Part shown: positions 41,227 through 50,200 of the stretch, in pieces
Layout of the letters: each line of letters opens with the position of its first letter
How positions within the stretch are numbered: position 1 is the stretch's first letter
Source of the DNA: Piromyces finnis finn
Lineage: Eukaryota; Fungi; Neocallimastigomycota
Length of the DNA stretch: 64,000 nt
Direction: 5' to 3'
Assembly (NCBI GenBank): GCA_002104945.1
Contig: MCFH01000001.1
Coordinates: forward strand, 2,480,001-2,544,000
Program-made: the position numbers and the translations under genes
The notes under the pieces: model-generated
The model's input: only the letters and a program-made list of their open reading frames with translations
What the model was told of the DNA's origin: nothing
Databases searched by the model: none

Positions 41227-41551
41227 CCCTCTTGGGAACGTGCCTTCATTTATTTAACCCCTCTTGGGAACGTGCCTTCATTTATTTAATAAATGTAGTT
41301 TCTCAAGGGGGTCTACTCATGCTCATGGTACTGAGAGAGAAGAAAGAATTAAATCCAAGTATTGCGCAATGGATGCTTGGTGCCCTCTTAGGAACGTGCC
41401 TTCATTTATTTATTAATGGAGTTTATCAAGGGGGTCTACTCATGCTCATGGTACTGAGAGAGTAGAAAGAATTAAATCCAAGCATTGCGCAATGGATGCT
41501 TGGTTAGTCTTTAAGGGAAAATTATTAGGACTAAGCTCATGGTACTGAGCG
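41227..41551 (+). promoter_or_regulatory. Tandem ~123-125-bp 5' monomers of the LINE (31-nt partial + 2 full + 1 partial)
   Basis: CCCTCTT(G/A)GGAACGTGCCTTCATTTATTT at 41227, ~41259 and 41383; ATTGCGCAAT at 41361 and 41484; GCTCATGGTACTGAG three times. Regulatory role is inferred. Confidence 0.7.
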
Positions 41552-42151
41552 ATTAAAAAACATTTTATTCATCGAATTTAAGTATTTGATGAATAAGTTG
41601 AATGTTTGATACTCAGGTAAGTTTGTATAGTATTTAATTAGAAGAGTAATACATTTTGTTGCTGTATTTTTTTCTTTTATTCATGTATTCATGTAGTACT
41701 ACTCTTCTCTTGTAAGAATCCAATGTAGTCAACTTTAGCATTTGCATTGTATTTTTATATTCATGTAGCTATTGTTGTATTGTTTCTTGTAAGAGACTGA
41801 TTCACTCTACATCATGTAAAATTACTATTCACAAGCTTTCTGGTGTCGACATTCTTGATTCAAATTTTTTACCAATTTAAATATTTAATGAAAAGTAAAG
41901 TCAAACAATTTTAGTGTCAAAAAGCGAATCGAATTTACTAACAACAAACCAAAACTAGAATTTTTAAAGAAAATTTACAACTAGAATTCAAAAAAAAAAG
42001 AAACTTTAAACAAAGCATCGTAACAATTTTTGTTCTATCCAGTACTTTTAAGAAGAGAGAGAGAGACAGATTTTTTTCCATATACGTTATATTTGTAATT
42101 TTTATTAGTATTTATTTTATATTCAATATTTTTTAATTAGAATTTATTATC

Positions 42152-45100
42152 ATGTCAGTCCTTTATATTAAAGACAAGAATTATATCAGACGCGGTACCC
42201 GGTCTTATGGTATCCCCTTAGATGATATTCGCTCCTTCTTTATCCGTGGTATTCGATCATGGTCAGTAAATATGCTATGGGAAAAACTCGAGGTTATTCT
42301 AGAAGATAAATTTAATTCAGTTATTAGTGTTAAATATTTTCAAACTTTCAATGATCACTTTTTCTTAGTCAAGGTTCATGGTTCATCAAAAGATTGTATT
42401 AAAATCTTACACATGTTAAAGAAGAAACTTTCAGTTACCTCAATTTCCTTTTCAGCTCGTAGTAGAAGGAATCACAAATACACTTTTTCCACTCTCAAAC
42501 GTAAAATTTTAGTTTCTAATAAACATCAACATTCTATTCAACAATCATTTCAACAATCAGTTCAACAATCTCATCAACAATCCGATCTTCAACTAGATCT
42601 TCAACAAGATCTTCAACAAGTTTCCAATCATGAAAATATTCCAGATCTACAGCAAACACAATTTCAATCTCAACATTCAACAATTAATTCTAATAGCTCT
42701 ATCAACTCTGATAACAGTTCAATAGTTGATAGTTCTTCAGTTTCACAGCCATCTAGTAATAGTTCTACTTATTCCTCTGATGCATCATCCATTAATAACG
42801 ATGACTTTAATAATAATAATAATAGCAACGATTCTTCCTCATCCAACAAGCCTGATAACTTTTCTTTTTGTCTTAGTTGGAACACCAATGGGTGGAATCA
42901 CGAAAAGAGAGATAGTATTAGCTATTTCACAGCTATTTTCAAACCATTATTTTTATGTTTCCAAGAAACTGGTAATGGTTCTGGTTCGAATACAGATTAT
43001 CCTTGTCGTGTTACTTTGCGAAACTATAGACACTTTTTCAAGAAAGCTGACGAATCAGTTCCGGGAATGAGAGGTTTATATTTAGGTTTTCACAATTCAT
43101 GTCAAGCCTCACTTGAAAACTTCTCTGGAAAGTATATTATTTCTATTTATACTTTTAGTCTCTGGAATAGATTCAAATGCTCGATTGGTAATGTTTATAT
43201 GCCTCATAGTCATCACAACATCTATGTTGATCATGCAAAGTTAGAAGTTCGCTTGTGGTTACAAACTCATTCATCCCATCCATCGATTCTTGTTGGTGAT
43301 TTTAATATGTCTAAAGTAAAATTATCCAACTGGTTATCAACTAATGGATTAGGAGATTGGGAAATTCTTCCGCTTAGAGGGTCTACTATCTCTTGGACTC
43401 GAGGTGATCAATCTTCCGACATTGACCATGCTCTTATCAATTCGAAGATGAAAGATCTTATTCACTCAGGATCATTTATAAATAATTTTTATCCTGTATC
43501 AGACCATAAGCCACTTCTTATTAATGGTAAAATTATTCCTATGGAAGATTTTTCTAATGACTTTAATGTTCCTAAGAAAATTCTGAAATGGAATAGATTA
43601 AAATGTTTTGAGGAAAAGGAATCTATTATCAGTCATAATAAATTCCAAATACTTTCAGCAAAATTCAATGATCCTAATGTTTCTACAGATGAACTTTCCA
43701 AAGAGTTTACTTCAACTGCTTTTTCAATTGCAGACGAGCTCAGTATTACCTCAGCAAATAATGTTATAAAGTCTTCATTTCATATTTCACAACAAATTTT
43801 TAATCTCCAAAAAATCAAAATGAAGTTGTATAAGAGATTTAAAAAAGAAAGAATTTATGATATAGATGAATTTATTAAAAGAATTAAAATCTACCGTAAA
43901 CTCATTGATTACATCCACAAAAGATGTAATGAATTTAGGAAGCAAGAATATCTTCATTGGATTAAAACAGGATGTGAGTATATGAAGAGTCATAATCCTA
44001 AGAAGGCCTGGAAATGGATCAAGAAAACTGCAAAAATAGGAAAAGATTCTTTCTTTATTGCTCAACCAATTAAAAATAAAAATGGAGAATTAGTTGTTGC
44101 TACAGAAGAACAACTTGAAGTGTGGCATGATCATTTCGAAAACCTTGCATCAGATCCAAGTGGTGTAAGTCTTGATTTGGAGCATTGGTATGAAGAACCA
44201 ACGAATAAACGTTTTTCACTTCCTATGCTTGATGAGTGGGATATCAACCAAGATATTAGTATTGATGAAGTCAAGTCAGCTATCCTCACTACTCCAAATT
44301 ATAAAGCATCAGGTCCGGATGGTATTCCAATTGAATTTTACAAAGCATTAGTTCCATCAAGTAATGATTCTAATAATGCTTCAGATAATAATTCTTCTGG
44401 TAATACTACTTCAGATAATGATGCTCATGGTTTAAATTTTATTCTTAAATTATTCAACCGTATTTGGGATGGAGATTTCCCCAACTCATGGAATGAATCC
44501 AGTATTGTTTCTATTCCTAAGAAGGGAGATTTGACAGATTGTGATAACTATCGAGGTATATCACTTATCAATAATGGTATTAAGTTGATTTCCAAAATTG
44601 TCACCACTAGAATCTCAGAATATGGTCTAAAGAATAATTTCATTAGACCTGAACAATTTGGTTTTCGAAAAAAGGAAGAAAGTATCAGTCTTTTCATTTC
44701 AATCCAAGAAATATGCCGTAGACGTCAATTAGATAATAAAGAGACATATTTGGCCTTTTTAGATCTCAGGAAAGCATACGATTCAGTCCCAATCGGTAAT
44801 ATTCTCCATAAATTAGATTGTTTAGGAATCCGAGGTAAGAGTCTACAATTTATCAAAAATTTATATTTAACATCTAAGGCTAATGTCAAATTAGATGGAC
44901 AATTCTCGAAATCTTTTGATGTGAAGAAAGGAGTCCGTCAAGGTTGCCCTCTTTCTCCTATTCTCTTTAATCTCTTTATTAATGATATATTTAGAGAGTG
45001 CGAAGATCTAGGAGTCAGTTTAGGTGACACTCGATGCTGTGGTGGACTTTTTGCAGATGATATAGTTATTTGTGCTCCAACAAGAGGATGCTTAAAAAAG

Positions 45101-46675
45101 ATGCTTAGAAGAGTTAATGAATGGGCATTGTATAATGAAATGGAATTTGGTATCCAGAAATGTTCAACGATGGTGATTCGTCCTGAATCAATAGAAAATC
45201 AGATCAAGAGAGATCCAACATTTTACTTAGCAGGACAACCCATTCCAACTACTGATTGTTATACTTATCTTGGTGTTCCATTTGATAAGAATCTGTCCCT
45301 TAAACCAGTAATTAAAGCTCTTAATAACAAGGTTTTGAAAGGGCTTTTCTCAGTCAATAAATTCTTAAGAAATCCTAATATTCCTATTCCTTTCAAAAAA
45401 CTAGTACTTAACTCACAAGTGATTAGCAGAGTTTCATACTTTGCACCATTACTTGGATCCAACAAAGCTAGGTCTAGGATTGCTCAGAAGCATGTTAACA
45501 AAGGAATACGATGGGTTGCCGGAGTTCATAAAGCTGTATCGTTTATATCTTTATACTCTATTTCAAAAGATTTGAATATTCCTCCATTGTCAGCCAAATG
45601 TGCATTAGCTCAGGTTAGATGTTTTAACAAATGGAAAAACTCAAATTGTATTATCTCACACCTTGTCAATTACATTCCTAAATTTAGAAAATACACGTGG
45701 TGCAAATCAAGTAGGACACTTGATAAAAAACTAAAGAAACATGGAGATGTTAAAGCAGTTAAAAACTTTTATTGGAAAGATCTCAAAGGGAATTCAATCA
45801 AAGCGCAATATTATGATGATAATAAGTTTATTGAAACTAAAGATTTTATTAAATTATGTTATGAATACCCAGAGTTTGCCTATGGCTTCTACTGGCTATT
45901 GAAAGCAAGAAGCGGATACAAGTTGGATGCTAGAGTTGCCAAAGCTGCCAAATTTGTTGATCCAGTTTGTCCTAACTACTGTCCATGTTGCAAGTGTGGA
46001 GATCAAAGTATTAAACATTGGTTATTAGATTGTCCAACATTTAGAGATATCCGTATTAAACATTATGATTCCATAGTCCAGCTATTAAATTTTTTCAGTC
46101 AACGTAATTCCAATAGTCCTATCAATAATAATGAAATTGATAATATCAGTAGAGATAGTAATAACATTAATAGTAATAGTAACAATAGTAGTAATAACAA
46201 TAGTAATAGTAACAATAGTAATAGTAACAATAGTAATAATAACAATAATAGAAATAATAATATTAGTAATGATAGCAATAGTGAAGATAATAATTCTAAT
46301 TTAGATAGTAATTTAGTTAATGATAGTAATAGTTCTAATAATCCGGTGAATATTAATGTGTATGATTATTCTAGTGTGTGCAGTAAAATATTTAAATTCC
46401 TTCTTGGGGGAAGAAGTTTTAACAATATTAATTACAATTCAAGGGAATGGAAAGAACTTTGTAAGCGTCAGATTCAATCTGGTACTAACGAAGGAACACC
46501 ATTCTTGACGGTAACCGCGGAACTTCTAACCAAAATCATGCCTTTTGCTATTGGCCAGCAATGGACAATGTTCAAAAGGTTTGAAGCAACATCCAAGAGC
46601 GTCAATGCTGAAGAAACAGTAAGACAGGCCAGGAGGGCCAGCGCAACCAATGGAGATCATAATTTTGTTCCATGA
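42152..46675 (+). CDS. LINE polyprotein (1507 aa): N-terminal extension, APE endonuclease, reverse transcriptase, C-terminal Cys/His knuckle
   Basis: APE motifs SWNTNG, CFQET, VGDFN, IDH, SDH; RT motifs GPDGIP, QFGFR, LDLRKAYD, GVRQGCPLSP, FADD, YLG; CPCCKC...HWLLDC. Confidence 0.95.
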   Translation: MSVLYIKDKNYIRRGTRSYGIPLDDIRSFFIRGIRSWSVNMLWEKLEVILEDKFNSVISVKYFQTFNDHFFLVKVHGSSKDCIKILHMLKKKLSVTSISFSARSRRNHKYTFSTLKRKILVSNKHQHSIQQSFQQSVQQSHQQSDLQLDLQQDLQQVSNHENIPDLQQTQFQSQHSTINSNSSINSDNSSIVDSSSVSQPSSNSSTYSSDASSINNDDFNNNNNSNDSSSSNKPDNFSFCLSWNTNGWNHEKRDSISYFTAIFKPLFLCFQETGNGSGSNTDYPCRVTLRNYRHFFKKADESVPGMRGLYLGFHNSCQASLENFSGKYIISIYTFSLWNRFKCSIGNVYMPHSHHNIYVDHAKLEVRLWLQTHSSHPSILVGDFNMSKVKLSNWLSTNGLGDWEILPLRGSTISWTRGDQSSDIDHALINSKMKDLIHSGSFINNFYPVSDHKPLLINGKIIPMEDFSNDFNVPKKILKWNRLKCFEEKESIISHNKFQILSAKFNDPNVSTDELSKEFTSTAFSIADELSITSANNVIKSSFHISQQIFNLQKIKMKLYKRFKKERIYDIDEFIKRIKIYRKLIDYIHKRCNEFRKQEYLHWIKTGCEYMKSHNPKKAWKWIKKTAKIGKDSFFIAQPIKNKNGELVVATEEQLEVWHDHFENLASDPSGVSLDLEHWYEEPTNKRFSLPMLDEWDINQDISIDEVKSAILTTPNYKASGPDGIPIEFYKALVPSSNDSNNASDNNSSGNTTSDNDAHGLNFILKLFNRIWDGDFPNSWNESSIVSIPKKGDLTDCDNYRGISLINNGIKLISKIVTTRISEYGLKNNFIRPEQFGFRKKEESISLFISIQEICRRRQLDNKETYLAFLDLRKAYDSVPIGNILHKLDCLGIRGKSLQFIKNLYLTSKANVKLDGQFSKSFDVKKGVRQGCPLSPILFNLFINDIFRECEDLGVSLGDTRCCGGLFADDIVICAPTRGCLKKMLRRVNEWALYNEMEFGIQKCSTMVIRPESIENQIKRDPTFYLAGQPIPTTDCYTYLGVPFDKNLSLKPVIKALNNKVLKGLFSVNKFLRNPNIPIPFKKLVLNSQVISRVSYFAPLLGSNKARSRIAQKHVNKGIRWVAGVHKAVSFISLYSISKDLNIPPLSAKCALAQVRCFNKWKNSNCIISHLVNYIPKFRKYTWCKSSRTLDKKLKKHGDVKAVKNFYWKDLKGNSIKAQYYDDNKFIETKDFIKLCYEYPEFAYGFYWLLKARSGYKLDARVAKAAKFVDPVCPNYCPCCKCGDQSIKHWLLDCPTFRDIRIKHYDSIVQLLNFFSQRNSNSPINNNEIDNISRDSNNINSNSNNSSNNNSNSNNSNSNNSNNNNNRNNNISNDSNSEDNNSNLDSNLVNDSNSSNNPVNINVYDYSSVCSKIFKFLLGGRSFNNINYNSREWKELCKRQIQSGTNEGTPFLTVTAELLTKIMPFAIGQQWTMFKRFEATSKSVNAEETVRQARRASATNGDHNFVP

Positions 46676-46911
46676 CAAAATTTTGATCTTTGGCTCGGTG
46701 TCCCATTGGAAGTCAAATACAATTATTATACTTTAGTATGATAGTGGCTTTCTTACTTTAATTAAAATTACTAGAATACATTATACCCAATTTTTATTCA
46801 TTTGTGTTTATTTAAACATATTTTTTTTTATTTTTATTTTATTTTAATTTTTATATTACATGTATTATAATTTTAATTAAATTAATAATAAAGTTTAAAA
46901 TATTTGATGCC

Positions 46912-46971
<60 letters not shown>

Positions 46972-47265
46972 TCTGTAATAAACATGATAAATCTATAAAA
47001 TATTTAGGAAATATAAAATTTTTATAAACACTATTATACATGAATATACATTATTCCCTTATTCTATCAATGAAAACCAAAGAGATTACATTTTTTAAGA
47101 TTAAATTTATTTTTTTTTTTTTTTTTTTTCATTTTTATTTAATTATTAATAGGAGTGAAATTAATAAATTTTTTAATATTATTATATACATTTACATTAC
47201 TATTTTACATTACAATTTTTTTCTATTTTTTTTTTTTTTTTTTTTTTTTTTTTATTACTATTATT

Positions 47266-50200
47266 TCATTTCATATATTCAGATAAAATTGTTTCCAAGT
47301 GACTACAATTTATGTAATTGACCTTTTCCTTTTTAATATATGGAGTGTAAGGTAAAAATGCGGTATCCTCTTCTTTCAAGTCATCTTCTTTTTCAATACA
47401 TGTACCACCTCTAGCTTCTACATGAAGTTGAATTAAATCGGCCATGGAAATTCTTATTGGATCGATGTAGTATGCAAAGACACTCTTTTTCACATTGGCG
47501 TTCACCGCAAAATACTTTTCATACTTTGTTGTAATTTGTTTAATGGTATCCTCTGGATAGTCATCATCTGGTTCATTATGATTATTTTTAAGATGAAGCA
47601 TCATACGATGGTATTGATGATAAGAATCAATGTATTGTTTATAATAACTTTGGACAAATGAATAATCTAACCATATAAATTCACGTGTTTGACAATCCAG
47701 AACGATAGGACAGGCTTCACCTCCATAGTTTAATCCTATGATTTGACGAACAGTAGATGGTTCAAATGGTTCATTGGAGTGAAGAAAATCTCTTTCCATC
47801 CATCCAAATTGCGTAGAACATCCAGCATCAATATTCACCATAATGTATCTTCCTTGTTTTGCCAGAACAGCTTCTATGTCAATATCAGCATAGGTAGTAC
47901 CTCCTTTTTCTCCATAGAAAAGGTTATAGTCATGTTTATTATTATTGTCATAATCAGAATTTTTGGTGATGAGAGCTTTCATATTAAAATCATCATCGTA
48001 CACTTCTAAATACATATTGGAAAAACCTAAAATAAAAAGTCGAACGTTTTTATAACTGACACCGGTTGGACATTGTTTTTTATCCTTTAAATCTTTTTGA
48101 AGGATGATGAGATCCTTTTCAATGGCCGAAAGTTTTGCTGTAGATTCATTTAATGCTTTAGTACAACGTAATTTAATTTTTATGTCTTTTTCTAAATCCT
48201 TTTTCATTTCCTTTATTTCCGCTTTTGCTTTTTTGGTGGCAGTAGTTGTGGTTGTAGCCAATTCTATTTCTTTCGTCTTCTTTTCAATTCTAGAATTAAG
48301 GTTTAAAAGGTCAACTTCATGTTTCTTTTTTTCACTAAAGATTTTCATTTCTTTTTCCTTCATCTCTTGAAGTGCTTTTTCAGTTTCCTTAATCATTTCT
48401 TCCTTTTCTTCTTGAGTGATGTTTTTAAACGAAAGTTCAAATCTAGAACCTTTCGTATAATTTTCTAAACTTTTACTGGAATTTCTTAGATCAAATGGGA
48501 TTAAAATTTTTTGAAGTTGAGGATTAATATAAACACCATTTAATTTAGGTTTATCTTTAAATTTTATGTGAAGTGCGCTATCACAAATATGAATAATTTG
48601 TTGACAAAGATCTTCCTTTAATGGTGTTTTTACTTTATCGGTGTAATAAATGGTGGATTGAATGTTTGTATTTACTTTTCTATAGGAATTTTTTTTTCCA
48701 TTTTTATTCGTTTTATTATTGTTATTTCCTTTGATGAGGAAGGCTCTCATTCTAAAGGCTTTATTTCTTTTTTGGAAATAGGCCTTCATACTCAATAGTA
48801 TCTTCACAGAACCCTTTTCAGCAACTCTTTCGAAAAAGGTCTTCACTTCTTTAACCTCTTCCTCATTTTCGCACTTTGTTATCAACTCGTCTAAATGTCT
48901 CATGTAAATACCTGGTTTTTGGGATAAGAGTTTGATCGCTTTTTTAATATTTTTTTCTTTAAGAAGTTGCACCCATTTAGAACTAAAGGTTTGTCTGTCA
49001 CTCTTATACTGATTACTTTGTTGTCTTAATTGTAAAATAGATGGTTCTAATGCTTTAATTCTATTTTTTACTATTTCCCGATTAAATGGCGGTATAAAAC
49101 TGTCATAAATTTCTAATAAAACATCAGGTAATTCTTCATGAACTTCTTCATAACCCTTCTTAATAACATATTTTTCTTTCCATCCATCCCATTGTTTACA
49201 ATTGATATTATCGATATATTGACAATTCATGGATTGTATAAAATTACCAGTATAGGCTATTCCGGCAATGACCATTAAATAATGATGCACATATTCTTTA
49301 ATTTCTTTTGGCATATTTTTTATACTATTAAACTTTCTTAAAAGATTTTGATGTTCGGCTATGGTCAATAGTTTATCTGGATTCAAGGTGTCATTAGGAT
49401 TCTCAATTCTTCTATTTTTCATTCTGTTGAGTCTTTGGCGTACACTATTACCTTCTGAATTATCACCATTTTTTACACTTTTACTTTTTTCTTGTTCTAG
49501 TTCTTTTATCCTTTCCTCCTCCCTTTTTTTCCTCATTTCTTGAATGTATTTTAATACATTTTCTTTATATTCTTTGAATCGATCATCCAATTCCATAAGA
49601 GTTTGATAAAATCGATATTCTACTCTTATTTCCTTATTTTCCGGTTTTCCTAAGATACTGTAATGACCTTGTAAATCATTAATAACATCCGGATAACAAC
49701 TCTTAAATTTATTGGGATGAACTCTTTCACAGAATCTAACCCACATATTTTTATATTTTAAAATATCTTCATATCTATTGTCACAATGATTCAATAAAGC
49801 CATTAAAATTCTTCTTTCAGAATTTTTAAAGGATTTAAATTTTACCGACTTTCCTAAATCAGAAGCTTGATGTCCAGACATGACAAGAGCTAATCTTAAA
49901 ACATCATTTGCAACTTTAAACCTTGGCATTATAAATTCAAGAGGTGGTTCGGACATACAATAAAGAAGAAGTTTATTGATTACATTGGCCAAATTTTCTT
50001 TATTTTTAATCGTTTCTGGAATGTAATTTAAACGATTTTCTTCATATTTTATAAAGGAATGTAAATCAGCAAGATCATTTTTGGATACAGCTTCTGAAGA
50101 ATCCATAAGTTTCATCATCATTTTATAAAATTCGTCTGTTGCACTAATCGAAAGAGTTTTCAATGATACATCTTTTAATTTCTTTTTGACATCTTCCACA

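Larger units (their letters stand above)
41227..46968 (+). mobile_element. Full-length non-LTR retrotransposon (LINE, APE-type), 5.74 kb
   Basis: Flanked by 13-bp TSD ATATTCTGTAATA (41214-41226 and 46968-46980); 54-nt poly(A) 46915-46968; one intact ORF. Confidence 0.96.

Noticed and set aside
41151-41465. 104-aa ORF with an internal repeat; also considered as a CRISPR-like array
   Set aside because: It crosses the TSD and merely translates the LINE 5' monomers; the repeats are contiguous with no unique spacers, and the context is eukaryotic with no cas genes
41614-41622. Perfect CAG|GTAAGT splice donor in the LINE 5' UTR
   Set aside because: A constitutive sense intron would be lost on retrotransposition; a single motif without transcript data is not enough
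47040-49543. Small + strand ORFs (47040, 47743, 48104, 49361)
   Set aside because: Antisense shadows of the 1609-aa gene, or poly-T noise
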